Assembly (NCBI RefSeq): GCF_009914755.1
Contig: NC_060926.1
DNA: 64,000 nt
Direction: 5' to 3' (one strand)
From: the human T2T-CHM13v2.0 reference genome, Homo sapiens
Shown here: positions 34,039 through 49,152 of the stretch, piece by piece
Numbering within the stretch: the first letter of the stretch is position 1
Layout: every line of letters starts with the position of its first letter
Program-made: the position numbers and the translations under genes
The notes under the pieces: generated by a model
What the model saw: the letters and a program-made list of their open reading frames with translations, nothing else
Database searches by the model: none
What the model was told of the DNA's origin: nothing

Positions 34039-34340
34039 GGCCAGGTGTGGTGGCTCACACCTGTAATCCCAGCACTTTGGGAGGCTGAGGCAGGTGGATT
34101 GCTTAAGCCCTGGATTTAAGACCAGCCTGGGCAACATGGTAAAACCCTGTCTCTACTAAAAATACAAAAATTAGCCAGGTGTGGTGGCGCACACCTATAA
34201 TCCCAGCTACTTGGGAGGCAGAGGAAGGAAAATCACTTGAACCTGGGAGGTGGAGGTTGCAGCCAGCCGAGATCCGTGCCACTGCACTCCAGCCTGAGCA
34301 ACAGAGCAAGAGGGCAAGACTCGGTCTCAAAAAAAATAAA
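34039..34340 (+). mobile_element. Alu
   Basis: Sense dimer with TSD aaacctttagttca. Confidence 0.9.
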
Positions 34341-34881
34341 GGGGGTTGGGGGGAAACCTTTAGTTCAATAGCCAAGTTTATAATTCTTTTATATGGGTTT
34401 AGTCATCTCTCCTCCCCATGTATCTCCATAATATTTTAATAAACTTCCTAAGGGCAACATCTTGTGCGGTAGAGCATGCTTTTTCTCAGGATATGATTCC
34501 TCTTGACATGTGAATTATCAGTAAATGTCTGATGGTACCATTTTTATCTTGATGAAGTTAAAAAACAAAACAAAACAAAAAAACCTCTAAGTAATTGTTA
34601 TGACAGAGGCCCAGAAAATACAGTGTCATCAATCCCAAGGTTTCTTTATGCTAGATTGAAGGAAACATGCCTTTCCAGCCTAATCTCGTCATAATTTGCT
34701 CAAAGGAAGGAGCATTCACAATTGAGCATCTGGAGGAGTTTTTCTCCTGGGGCTTGCAGGACCCAAATCCACACCCTATGATACCAGCCATGGGCACAGA
34801 ATAATGGGCACAGACCTTAAGAAAGAGCATCCACTTTGTGTCCCTGACTTCAGCAAACACGTTTGAACGATGCAGATCTAA

Positions 34882-35260
<379 letters not shown>

Positions 35261-35824
35261 CTGAGATATCTTTTAAGTCAATCCTTTGTGCTATCTTTAA
35301 CCATACAACTCTTAGGCCTTGTGCCTTAATTTCTACAAGTTCCTCTTGAATAGCCTTCATTGGGTTAGTTTTTAAGTCCTTGGTCATTTTCCTCACCATT
35401 TTCAGTACAAAACCTTCCAAGTTTACATATCTGACTGGTAGAGTCTACCATGAGGTCTGTCTTGAGACCTTATGTTTCTACTTTTTATCTCTGACTCTTT
35501 CCCAAAGAAAATTGTCAACACTTTAATTTATATATTTATCTCTGAGCATCAGTTTCCTCATCTGTAAAGTGAGGATAGTACTAGTGCCTATTTAATAGAT
35601 TTTGTTGTAAAGATGAAGTCGGTTAATAGAGGCAAAGATCTAAGGATAGCTCCTGGCATACAACAAGCACTGAATACGTGTTCAACTTCATTCTTGCTCT
35701 CCTCCTGTTGCTTGGGAAGCAGGTAAAATACTGTTTCAAATTTATCTGGAATGATTTGGAGACGTTAATAGAGAAATATAGGATACATCTCAGTTAAGCA
35801 TCGTGGCTGTAACCGAGTCTAGAT

Positions 35825-36026
35825 CAGAGGTCAGCAAAGTATGACCTACAGGGCAAATCTATCCTGCTGACTGTAAATAAAGTTTTACTGGAACACAGTC
35901 ACCGTCGCATCCTTTGATGAATTCATGACACAACTACAGAGTTGAGTAGTCACAACAGAGGTTATGAACTGAAAAACCTTAACTACTTACTATCTGTCCC
36001 TTTACAAAAAAAGTTCCCGACTCCTG
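35825..36026. mobile_element. MER58-like hAT DNA transposon
   Basis: cagaggtcagcaaa...ccgactcctg ends and gtaaataaagttttactggaacacag core. Confidence 0.75.
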
Positions 36027-36143
36027 ATATTTTTCTTTAAGTTCTAGACAGGATCCTGAAAAGTTGCATTTGAATGGTGGTTTTGTAAAACACTACTATT
36101 TGCAATGTAAAGAGACATTTATGTTGTTTTTCAACTTTCTCAG

Positions 36144-36188
36144 GAAGAAAAGCCAACACTAGACCTTTGAAAAGAAGAAGAAAAAGAG
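36144..36188 (+). CDS. SP100: SP100 exon (GRKANTRPLKRRRKR)
   Basis: ttctcag acceptor and gtaaat donor; 45 nt, phase 1-1. Confidence 0.92.
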
Positions 36189-37263
36189 GTAAATAGAAGT
36201 GATCGATATGTTTTTCATAATTAAACATTTAATATTTAATATTCTGTACTGTGAGTAACAAGTCAGTTTTCTTAATTGGCATATGGAGCTAGTACTGGAG
36301 CCTTAACGTTGACCAGCAGTTCATTTTAAGACCCTCAATACCTGCTTCAGTGGAATCAGATCCCCAGTGTCCCAGTCAACCCCTCATGCAGGGTTCCCTG
36401 AGCAATGTGCACGTTCTTTTTTGTTGATTGATTGATTAATACGTAATAGATAGAAATACTTGGGGGTACATGTGACAATTTGATACTTTCGTATAATCAA
36501 ATCAGAGTTATTGGGATATCCATCACTTTAAATATTTACCTTTTTTGATGCCAGGAACATTCAGATTATTCTCTTTTAGCTATTTTGAGATGTATAATCA
36601 ATTCATGTTAACTATAATCACCCTATTGATCTATTGAAAACACCAGGTTTTATTTCTTCTATCTAACTGTATATCTGAATGCTTCGTCAATCTCTCTTTA
36701 TCCCTCCTCTCTCAATGTGCAGTTTCTTCTAGAACCCCCCACACCAAGCTTCCCTTTTAGCGTCGGAGAAAGCTCAAGTGAAAAAGTGAAGCAAAGCAGT
36801 TGGCAAAGAGGGAGACAGATGCCACCCCGAAAGGTGCCCCATTAGGTGCCACTCTGCCATCCTGCCCTCTGTCCCCTCAGTCAATGCCTGGAATGGGGAG
36901 ATGAGGCTAAAATTTGAGAGTTTGTTTTAACACAACATCAAAGCAATATGAGTGGAAATCTCCCTTCAAAACATCAGGAGGAAAATCATTGTGTGATAGG
37001 TGGATATGACCAACCAGCTTGAAAGTTGAGATCCTACCACATGCCAGGATGTTGTGTCATATTTTAGAGGGTGGAATGGAGGACAACAGTATCTACAGCT
37101 ATCTAATGTGCCATGAAAGAAGGACTTTGAAATGTAACTGATTCATGGGGGAAATACCTCCAATACATTTTGAATTATAAAAGAAAGCTCTCAAGACAGG
37201 TGGGGAGGGACAATGCACAGTTGTAAAAGTAGATGGAATGGAAAAAAAAATGCTTCCTTGCAG

Positions 37264-37368
37264 GTCCAAGAATTCCCAAAGATGAAAATATTAATTTTAA
37301 ACAATCTGAACTTCCTGTGACCTGTGGTGAGGTGAAGGGCACTCTATATAAGGAGCGATTCAAACAAG
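37264..37368 (+). CDS. SP100: SP100 SAND domain exon 1 ([35 protein letters not shown])
   Basis: ttgcag acceptor and gtgagt donor; 105 nt; LPVTCG SAND motif. Confidence 0.97.
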
Positions 37369-37444
37369 GTGAGTTTACTGGTCCATCTACGATTTTCAGC
37401 TGGAAAATATCCACACAGATAGCATACTGTTTAGGAGTAGACAC

Positions 37445-38270
37445 TTGCCTTTGAGGTTCTGCAAAACCAGCCCCAGGCTTGAAGATTTGCTAGGAGCTTT
37501 CCTAGGACTTGGGACATCATCACATTTACAGCTAGGGTTTATGAGAGAAGCATGCAAAACATACCATAGGGAAAATGCACATGGGGTGAAATTCAGAGAC
37601 AACCAAAAGCAAGCTTCCAGGAGTCCTCTCCCAGTGGAGTCATGCAGGACTCATTTAATTACTGCAGCAACAAATTGTGACAACACATGTAAAATGTTGT
37701 CTACCAGGGAAACCAGCCTGAGTTTAGGAGTCCAGGGTTTTTACCAGTCACATAGGTGCCCTCTGCCTAGCACATACCAAAATTCCAGATTCCCAGAAGG
37801 AAAGCGGGTGTTCAGCATAAACCATATCATTTGCGCAAACAGTTTAGGCACAGTGAGCCCTCTTCTTCATTTATGGTTATAGATAAATGCAATTTATTTA
37901 CATATGTCTGAAAATAATACATCAGGATCGGTAGTTCCCAGATTACACAACATTTTAACAAGATTTCTTTGGATAGGCTATCTCAAATTTATTCTTGTAA
38001 GAGAATATAAATAAATTGCATTTGTTTATAACCATAAATAAGAGGGATTTATCTCTAAAGGGCTTTATCTTTATGGATAAACAATATGTTTATCCACATT
38101 GTTTATTATGAACAGTTTAGCCCACAGTGAGTTCTGGGAATGATAGAACTCTCCTAAAATCCAAATTCCTAAATGCCAGTGGCCAAACTTGCATATGGAC
38201 AATGGCCAACCTTGCATATAGGCCCTCTAAGGAAAGTCTCAGGCCCACTCTGTTAACTCTGTTTTGCACA
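37445..38270. mobile_element. MER21-like LTR with an internal non-LTR insertion
   Basis: gcaagcttccaggagtcctctcccagtggagtca and ccaaaattccagattcccagaaggaaagc motifs. Confidence 0.7.
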
Positions 38271-39253
38271 ACAATGACATTTTCACACTTTCAAAATTCA
38301 TAAAACATTAACCTATGAGGCCATCTCCTCTTACCCTATGTGAAAGGCCCACAAGACATCCAACTAGCACCCACTACAAGGGCAAGCACCTCAGTACTTG
38401 GGTGGAAAATGTACACATCTGAGAATCTCAGCAGTAACTTTCACGCCCCATTTCCCATAACATCTGTTTAGCCTTCTGCTAAATGGTAAGATCACAGGGT
38501 TTAGAATCAGAAGACCTGCATTCAAGTTTCAGCTATACCAAGAGTGTCTGATTCATCTACAGCCAGGTGCTCGGTCTCTCTAACCTTGAACTTCCTTCTC
38601 TACAAAATCAGAACAATAATATAACTTGCCTCACTGTATTATTATGAGAAAAAAATAAAAAAACAGACATAAAATACTTTGCAAGTTACAATTGTTAAAT
38701 TACAGAACTAATGTTCATCTGTCATGGTTGACACCTCCCCACAACATAGTTCTTTGAGCACCAACAAATATAAATGTTTGCCCCATGACTATGTTGCATA
38801 AGCATAATTTAACTTCTCCCACTATATAACATTTCCATAATTACTTTTAATATAAAATAGCCATGAGTTCAAAATATGAAACATAATTGATTGTACCACA
38901 TGTACAACATGGTACAAGACAAGGCAGATGTGGCTGTAGTAACAGCTTCCACATGGCCACTTGGGGACCCAAGAGCATGGTAGAGGGCTTTATGCCTTCA
39001 TCCACCTCTCTGAAATTCAGGCTGACTCTATATCAGGTCTCAGAGAAGGGAGGAGGAAGAATTCTGCTCATTCTTTAGGGCCATTCTTTGCACCCACCCC
39101 CACCTTTGGAATATAGCAAAATACGTTGAAAAGGTAAATGTTGGTAGTAATATTTCTTCTCATTGCATGATGGTCAAAGAAATGTACACACATGACAGAG
39201 AGAACCCTTCATCTCTGTTCCTTCAGGCTGGGTATGAAGCCCCTGATATCTGA

Positions 39254-39529
<276 letters not shown>

Positions 39530-39858
39530 TAGTGACAGATGGCTGAAACCAAGGATTTAGCTGTCATGCTTCACTAACACCAAGCTTTAGCAGAATTTCT
39601 CAGTGCCCAGAAATTCATCATGACTTCCTCTGCCCAGGTCTCCATGCATATGTTATTACTAACGTTCTCACCTGAACATTACGTTGGCTGGCTTATATTA
39701 CAGCTTAATCCTCTAAGTACTTTATTTCTTACCCTTTTGAAGGTTGGACAGTAAATTGTGGCCTTGACTCTGCCATTAATAAACTGTGCAATTTGGTCAC
39801 ATGAAAGTAACTTAAGTTGGAGGGGAGGTCTTAAATTTTCGGGGGAGGTAAATGTTAA

Positions 39859-39859
<1 letters not shown>

Positions 39860-39903
<44 letters not shown>
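39860..39903. repeat. (CA)n microsatellite
   Basis: About 21 CA units. Confidence 0.95.
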
Positions 39904-39906
<3 letters not shown>

Positions 39907-40178
39907 TTAACATATATATATGTAGTTCCTGGATTACAAAATATTTCAACAAGATTTCTTTGAATAGGCCACCTCAAATTTATTCTTGTAAGAGAATATA
40001 AATAAATTGCATTTTAAAGTAACATTGCTTCTCATATGAACCCCTTGATGTTACAAAGCAGGCACAGGGTCTTTGCTGCAGATGAACCTGTGTCTTTAGA
40101 CTCCAAATACAGTGCTTTCTGTTGCACGCCCACAGACAGTCCTTCCTCATGCCACTCTAACAATTAAAAAAAAAATCT

Positions 40179-40480
40179 GCCAGGCACAGTTGCACATGTC
40201 TGTAGTCCCAGTTACTCAGAAGACAGAAGCAGGAGGGTCACTTGAGCCCAGGGGTCCTGGGCTTAGTGTACTATGCCAATGAGATATCCATGCTAAGTTC
40301 AGCATCAACATAGGGGACCACCAGATTGCCTAAGGAGGGGTAAACCAGTCCAGGTTGGAAACAGAGCAGGTCAATACTTTCCTGCTGATCAGTAGTAGGT
40401 TTGCACCTGTCGATAGGCACTGCACTGCACTCCAGCCTGAGCAACACAGCAAGACCCCATCTCTAAAAATAAATAAATAA
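40179..40480 (+). pseudogene. 7SL (SRP) RNA processed pseudogene
   Basis: Alu-like ends flank the 7SL S-domain (ctaagttcagcatcaa...gcctaaggagggg...ggaaacagagcaggtcaa...tgatcagtagt); A-rich tail. Confidence 0.88.
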
Positions 40481-41070
40481 CTATTACACAAATAAAAGAT
40501 CTTTGCCCAGTAAATACTTATTGAACCAACATCTAAAGCTGTGGAGGGTATACAAAGTGTGAGCCCCTTCCCAGAAGGAAGGCTGTGCTTTCATAATTAC
40601 AGGCCTGGACACGGTGTCAATGTTCTCACAAGAGACACCTGCAGGAAGAGGTACAATAGATCGGAGAAGAGAAAGTCATTTCTGGCTTTGAGGTTGAGGA
40701 CCATTTTGTGGAACTCTTGCACTGAGCTAGGTCTAAAAAGATGAACAACTAGCAAAAACGTAGAATGGGGCATTCTACATATATAGAAAGGACAGCATGC
40801 AAATCTGCTCCACAATGTGTCAAGAAGTTGGGAGTAATGAGGTGGCTACATTCTCTGGACTGATTATAGAAGTCATGAGGCCAGAGGAAGGCATTGAAAT
40901 GCTTCCTTGAATCCCTGGAGAATCATGAAAAGTAATTTCCATGAAAATACCTTGAATTTGAGTTAATAGTGGGATATCCAGGTAGGAATATTTGGAAGGC
41001 AGTCAGAAATACTAAGCTCACAAAATAAAAGCAAGAACCCATCAAATCATTTATCTCTTTTCTTTTTTAG

Positions 41071-41109
41071 AACAAATTTCTGCCAGAACCACCAAGCACA
41101 AGAAAAAAG
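41071..41109 (+). CDS. SP100: SP100 exon (NKFLPEPPSTRKK); read-through VMIK* (TGA 41122-41124) gives the SP100-B end
   Basis: ttttag acceptor and gtgatg donor; 39 nt, phase 0-0. Confidence 0.93.
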
Positions 41110-41388
41110 GTGATGATCAAGTGATCTTCTGCCAATGTCTCGTCTATTATGTTGTTGATTTTCTATCTCTGTGGACTTACAGTCTTTAAATTGACCCATC
41201 ATCATAAAATTTGATTTTATAATATGATGCTTTTGCAGTTGCTGCTTTCAAACATTATTCAATGTATAAGTCCAGGGCTCCTTTGAACATCAAAACGTTT
41301 GAGATAGAGGTGGGAACAATCCTCAGAAATAGATTAAAAGACAGAACTGAATTGTATGTGTTTTTTAGTAAAGGAGCTAAATGCCATA

Positions 41389-41695
<307 letters not shown>

Positions 41696-41994
41696 CCATA
41701 CTTTCTTTAAATATAAAAGATAGAGCTGGCATTGGAAAAATAAGCATGAGTTTGAAATGCACAAAACAGTGTGCCTTTGCAACCTCAACATAAACACTGG
41801 TTGTTTTTCACTGGTTTTTCTGGATTCTATATTTTAGAAATAAATATGAAGCAAAAGTTCCCCTAGAAACATCCCATGGTCACTACACATGACCTAATGG
41901 AGAATTCCCCCTAAAATGTATATATAGGCATATGTCACCCAGGGAAGCAAACAACAAAAAACATTCTCTCCTTTTCTTTTATCTTTTACCTCCA

Positions 41995-41995
<1 letters not shown>

Positions 41996-42030
<35 letters not shown>

Positions 42031-42060
42031 ACACACACACACACACATACACACACACAC
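41996..42060. repeat. (CA)n microsatellite, interrupted
   Basis: Directly visible. Confidence 0.95.
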
Positions 42061-43544
42061 GCGAGTTCTTCAGGTGAAAATTTTGGACTGGGAGGCAGAG
42101 TGCCCTGTGAGGCTGCTGACCTAGAAAATCTTTTCCTTTGTGGAGAGGCCCTTTGGCCCCAGTAAAAGGGCTGCACAGACCTCACTTCTATCTGTGAAGG
42201 TGAAATTCTCCCTCTGTGGAGGTAGTATGTGGAGTTCATAGACCAGTGGTCTTCATACTATATGTATTCTATGGAAAAATGGTGAGATCACTGATGCCTT
42301 CCATGGCCTCTCCAAGGCTGGGTATAAGAGAGAACCTGGTGAAGGAAGGAGATGGAAGAACTTCCATTTTCCTAAGCTCTGACATGGGTGACCTTGGATA
42401 TTTCTGCCATACCAGGAAGTCACAATCTTTACAAAGCTGGCTCCTGGGGCTACCTGCTCCACTGGCTTTATGACTAGAGATTCAGTGACTAGGCTCTGTA
42501 TCCACTGGGTTTTCTGGAGAAAGACATTATTTGATATAATTATTAAAATCAAACATGTCTACCCACTGCCAGACAGTCAAGGCTGATGCAGTCTGGGCTA
42601 ATCAATTGAGCTGGCCATCTCCCATCCCTTCATCACAGGCACCCTCTCTCCATTCCCTGAGGGCCCACAGCTCTAGAGGTGAAATTGCCTCGGTTCTCAG
42701 AGGATCTCCCCGGAGGGTCTATCTTCCCTCCTCTCCCCTCGGTTTCTAATGCTTGTGTCACTCTCAGCACCGCGTGGTAACTGCTATTGTTGCCAGCTTT
42801 CCTGCTTATAAGTTTTTTGTTAAACCTGCTGGTGATAGCTGAGATACCCCAGGATAATAAGTCATAAAAGTCCAAGCTAATCGTTTACTGGCTGCTAAGA
42901 AACCTCTTCTCCCAAGTGACAATTGTGTTCACTTGTTCATGCACTTATGTATCCATTAAACAAACAACTGTGGAGCCACTACAAAGCTCCAGGTGATGGG
43001 CTTGGCCAATGAAATAATGCAAAACAAAGGAGGCCAAAAGGATGAACCTTAAGGATTCTGTCAACCTTATTGTCTTACCTGGGTGAATAACTCATGGGAT
43101 GGAGTGGGAGATTCTAGGCCACTAAGCTGCTATACTTTATCTTAGCCAAAAGGCCCAGATTGCTTCTGGCAGGTGGTAATATGGCCACCTCTTCTATCAT
43201 CATGCCTTGGATCCCACTGAGTGGTTTGTCTAAGGCCTCTCTGCCTTGAGCTACAGGTAAAAGCTTTAGCAGTCATTGTTTCATTCCACAGATACCCTAG
43301 GTCAAAGCAAGCTCTCAAGATTCAGGAGAAAGTGGAGAGGTGCTTACCTTCAGGAGAAGAGCTACAGTACTGGGGATCTTGGAGGCATTTTGTCTTCAAA
43401 GATGTGTTCCTGGAGAGCTGCAGAAAGGGTTAGAGTTATTCCTGGGACACCTGCATGGTGTCCAAGACTCTGGGCCCTGTGGTCACTGGGAGCTGTGGAG
43501 GAAGAGTCGGCCGATTCCCTTTGCAGCTTCTCTGGATGGAATGA

Positions 43545-43852
<308 letters not shown>

Positions 43853-44184
43853 ACACTTCCAAATTTAGACAAACATGCCTGCAGGCCCCTTGAAGTAGGA
43901 GGACCGATAGAGTTGCTCCAGCTCAGTCTCCCTGAATGGTTTCACGAAGGCCTGCCTTGGGTGTGAGAGCCAGGAAATGGCACTTGCATTGGGCCAAACT
44001 GTCACTGACACATAATTTAGTGCTTTTTTATTCTTCAGTTAGATGTACAGGTCCATAAAAGCAGACATGAAACAAAAGAAGGGCTGTGGCATGAATCCCT
44101 TAAAAATAAAGAAGTCTGTTCAAATGTGGGGTTAATGAAAAATCACACTCAATATTGTACCAATCTTTCTGTTTTTTTCAACAG

Positions 44185-44226
44185 AGAATACTGGAATCTC
44201 ACAACAATACCTTAGTTGACCCTTGT
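44185..44226 (+). CDS. SP100: SP100 exon (RILESHNNTLVDPC), donor to the HMG exon or downstream C-isoform exons
   Basis: caacag acceptor and gtaagt donor; 42 nt, phase 0-0. Confidence 0.93.
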
Positions 44227-44933
44227 GTAAGTATAAATTTCCGACTATGACCCCAAAATAAGTCAGGCCTTTCTCCAGGCACACTATGTCATGACTGCCT
44301 TTCCCCGAAGCATGCTCAGTCTCAGTTGGAGTATGTTGCTGTGTGTGATTAGAAGATGCAAGCCAGGTACCTGGGTCTGGGATTGGGTGTCTCAGTGCAA
44401 AAGCAGCCTTTTGTTTCAGTAGAAATCTTCAAATTTCCTCATTTCCCTTAGAAAGTGAGTATAGGAGGCTGAGCTCTAGATCACCGAGGCCTCCAGAGAC
44501 AAGAACTTGAAGTAGTAATGGACAGGGCTGGCCTGCCGATTAGGGAGAAGGATCAAATGTCAGAAAATAAAAGCATTTTCAAGTAGGTGGTGGGAATGGA
44601 AAGGAAAATCCCAAATATCTGCTCCAAGGTGCAGACAGAGCTCAGTCAGCCAGAAGGAACAGACCGAGCCGAGCTGGTGAGTTCGAGGTATGGACTCTGT
44701 CATTAGTTCTGCAGAGGAAGACACACACGAAAAGTGAGTCTCTTATGAAGCCCCTATTGCCACTCTTGAGGGAGGTTTAGGCTCAGTATGCTGAGCTGGT
44801 TAGGACAAAAACCATCACCACTTGGCAACTGATGAGGCATGTTTATTCTCACTTCTTGACTGGTGCTCAATGATGTACAAACCTGATTCCACAGGCTCCA
44901 TTATCAACCAAAATTAAGGCTGTTTAGGAATAA

Positions 44934-45646
<713 letters not shown>

Positions 45647-45668
45647 ACAAGTTGAAGTGCTCTTATAG

Positions 45669-46212
45669 CAGAGGTCCCCAAACTTTTTGGTGCCAGGAAC
45701 CAATTTTGTGGAAGACAGTTTTTCCACAGACCGGGATGGGGTTGGGGGCAGGATGATTTTGGGATGTTTCAAGCACATTAAATTTATCCTGCACTTTATT
45801 TCTATTATTATTACATTGTAATAGATACTGAAATAATGAAATAATTATATAACTCACCATCAAGTAGAATCAGTGGGAGCCCTGAGCTTGTTTTTCTGCA
45901 ACTAAAAGTTCCCATCTAGGGGTGATGGGAGACAGAGACAGATCATGAGGCATTAGATTCTCAAAAGAAGCACGCAACCTGGATCCCTCGCATGTGGAAT
46001 TTACAACAGGGTTTGTGCTCCTATGAGAATTTAATGCTGCTGCTGATCTGACAGGAGGTGGAGCTCAGGCAGCAATGCCAGCAATGGGGAGCTGCTGTAA
46101 ATACAGATGAAGTTTCACTCACTCGCCCACCACTAACCTTCTGCTGTGTGGCCCATTTCCTAACAGGCCATGGGTTGGTACAGGTCCTTATCCCGGAAGT
46201 TGGAAACCCCTG
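45669..46212. mobile_element. MER1A-like hAT DNA transposon inside the left LTR
   Basis: TIRs cagaggtccccaa...ttggaaacccctg; degenerate 8-bp TSD tcttatag / ttttgtag. Confidence 0.85.
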
Positions 46213-46900
46213 TTTTGTAGAAGAGTTTAGGAGAAGGGAGAGGGACTCCTCACACCAGAGCTGTCCTTTCTCATTGAAGGATACAATACAGAAGTTACAA
46301 TCATTGGATACAGATCGCAACATGCAGGCTCAAATGTATCCATGCAAGACAATCAGTAAAACTCTAAGATCCAGAAATAAATCAGTGTCCTTTTCAGGGT
46401 CACTGGGTTATGCATTAATCACTGTGTCAACAATTTGAGAGACTCATGATAAGATTCAGGGACAAGATTTCACCATGAATCACAAGACCTTCCCAAGGTG
46501 GGTTAATTGGAAAGCCTGTTTACTTTTAAACTAAACTGCCAAATGTGACCTGTAGATTATCACATTCCCTTTTTGATTAAAAAAAAAAAAAAATCTTCCC
46601 ATGGAAGTATTGCTGATCAATCTGCTAGGTTAAGGGGATAGATGTTCTTCATTCCTTGTCAATGGGAAGGCTTATTCCAGGAGGTCATGTCCCTCGGTGG
46701 GGGAAAAAAACCTTGTTATTGCAATCAGGCCAGTTTGCTGACAAGATGAGGTAGGTCATGACACACAGCTACCTGCTATTCTCCTGAATGATAAATCATC
46801 TCACTGGGAAATCAGTATTTTGGCCTTAGCCATGGATCGAAAGCAAGCACAATGCAAATCATGAGTGACTTAATAGCCAAGAAAATAAACTATGTTTATT

Positions 46901-46987
46901 ATTAGGTTGAGGCAAAAAAGTAGTTGCGGTTTTCGCCATCAGAAGTAATGGTGAAAACTGCAATGACTTTTTTGCACCAACCTAATA
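46901..46987. mobile_element. MADE1 mariner MITE
   Basis: Palindrome attaggttg...gcaccaacctaat. Confidence 0.85.
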
Positions 46988-46997
46988 TTATAATCAT

Positions 46998-47282
46998 AAC
47001 AACTTGAAAACACAATAGAAAAAAGAAATTAGTCCTAAGAGTAACCAAATGAACAAGTCATCAATTTATAGTTGCTGTTGCTTGTTGAATACAAGCAAAC
47101 AACTTGAAAACACAATAGAATAAAGAAATTAGTCCTAAGAGTAACCAAATGAACAAGTCATCAATTTATAGTTGCTGTTGCTTGTTGAATACAAGCAAAC
47201 AACTTGAAAACACAATAGAATAAAGAAATTAGTCCTAAGAGTAACCAAATGAACAAGTCATCAATTTATAGTTGCTGTTGCT
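46998..47282. repeat. 100-bp tandem repeat, about 2.85 copies
   Basis: aacttgaaaacacaatagaa recurs at 47001, 47101 and 47201; one mismatch seen between copies. Confidence 0.97.
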
Positions 47283-47983
47283 AGTCTTCAGACTTTCATA
47301 ATTTTACTTTTCTTGGAAGAAATAAAACAATGAGTGATTCACAGCATTAATAATTGACTAGCAGAAATATAATGCACACAAAAATTATAATCAAAAAGAG
47401 AATTTGTGTACAAGAATGGGGGAAAAAAAACCTGTTCCATTAGGGAGCCAACTAAGAAAGAAAATTAAATCCAGGTTCTTCTTTAGAGACTTATTATAGC
47501 CAGGAAATAATTAAGTCCAAATTGCAAGCAAATAATAATTTTTGAAACTCAAAAATAATGGTCTGGGCTAGAATCTAATAACAACTATGCTATAATTTTC
47601 TTCTGAAAGATAATTTTTCTCTCTTCGATCTCCCTTTTCTGCCAAAGAAAAATCATAGGCCAATTTTATTTGCAATATAAGTTTTAGTCTTATTGTACTT
47701 GACCTGATTATTTATATAAAAGGCAACAGGAATAGTGATTGTCCATATAGACTCCTTTTAAGTTGGCTTTGCTGGAACTTTTTCGTTAGACATTTTAGAT
47801 TAGACTTTCAAAAGCTTCTTCAGGCTAGAAAGCCAAGCCAAGGATTTATCATCAGATTGTGTCTGCACTACTTGTAAGAATTGGGTAAATTCCTCCTTTC
47901 TTGAAGTCCCCCAAATACCTCAAGGTTTCTGGGCCTGTTGGGAAGGGACATTACTTAACACGAGGTCAAAAAACCTACAAGAG

Positions 47984-49152
47984 ATTGCAGTACATTGAGC
48001 TCCATAGAGATAGTGCTGGCGCAAGTGAGAGCTGGACAGGCCCTGGGCGACTCTGTACCTTGCTGAGGAAAAATAACTAAACATGGACAAAGCAGATCCT
48101 AAGAAGCTGAGAGGTGAAATGTTATCATATGCATTTTTTGTGCAAACTTGTCAGGAGGAGCATAAGAAGAAGAACCCAGATGCTTCAGTCAAGTTCTCAG
48201 AGTTTTTAAAGAAGTGCTCAGAGACATGGAAGACCATTTTTGCTAAAGAGAAAGGAAAATTTGAAGATATGGCAAAGGCGGACAAGGCCCATTATGAAAG
48301 AGAAATGAAAACCTATATCCCTCCTAAAGGGGAGAAAAAAAAGAAGTTCAAGGATCCCAATGCACCCAAGAGGCCTCCTTTGGCCTTTTTCCTGTTCTGC
48401 TCTGAGTATCGCCCAAAAATCAAAGGAGAACATCCTGGCCTGTCCATTGATGATGTTGTGAAGAAACTGGCAGGGATGTGGAATAACACCGCTGCAGCTG
48501 ACAAGCAGTTTTATGAAAAGAAGGCTGCAAAGCTGAAGGAAAAATACAAAAAGGATATTGCTGCATATCGAGCTAAAGGAAAGCCTAATTCAGCAAAAAA
48601 GAGAGTTGTCAAGGCTGAAAAAAGCAAGAAAAAGAAGGAAGAGGAAGAAGATGAAGAGGATGAACAAGAGGAGGAAAATGAAGAAGATGATGATAAATAA
48701 GTTGCTTCTAGTGCAGTTTTTTTCTTGTCTATAAAGCATTTAAGCTGCCTGTACACAACTCACTCCTTTTAAAGAAAAAAACTTCAACGTAAGACTGTGT
48801 AAGATTTGTTTTTAAACCGTACACTGTGTTTTTTTGTATAGTTAACCACTACCGAATGTGTCTTCAGATAGCCCTGTCCTGGTGGTATTTAGCCACTAAC
48901 CTTTGCCTGGTACAGTATGGGGGTTGTAAATTGGCATGGAAATTTAAAGCAGGTTCTTGTTAGTGCACAGCACAAATTAGTTGTATATGAGGATGGTAGT
49001 TTTTTCACCTTCAGTTGTCTCTGATGTAGCTTATACAAAACATTTGTTGTTCTGTTAACTGAATGCCACTCTGTAATTGCAAAAAAAAAAAACAGTTGCA
49101 GCTGTTTTGTTGACATTCTGAATGCTTCTAAGTAAATACAATTTTTAAAAAA
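47984..49152 (+). pseudogene. HMGB1P3: HMGB1 processed retrocopy (5'UTR, 205-aa ORF 48083-48700, 3'UTR)
   Basis: Intronless HMGB1-like ORF with HMGB1 UTRs; degenerate TSD aaaaaacctacaagag / aaaaaaccgtatgag; symbol from recollection. Confidence 0.93.
48155..48700 (+). CDS. SP100: Terminal coding exon of SP100-HMG ([14 protein letters not shown]...EEDDDK*)
   Basis: Acceptor ttttttgtgcaaacttgtcag; phase 0 joins DPC to EEHKKK. Confidence 0.92.
   Translation, partial: EEHKKKNPDASVKFSEFLKKCSETWKTIFAKEKGKFEDMAKADKAHYEREMKTYIPPKGEKKKKFKDPNAPKRPPLAFFLFCSEYRPKIKGEHPGLSIDDVVKKLAGMWNNTAAADKQFYEKKAAKLKEKYKKDIAAYRAKGKPNSAKKRVVKAEKSKKKKEEEEDEEDEQEEENEEDDDK

Noticed and set aside
46998-47282. CRISPR-like array
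   Set aside because: Head-to-tail identical units with no unique spacers, in eukaryotic DNA.
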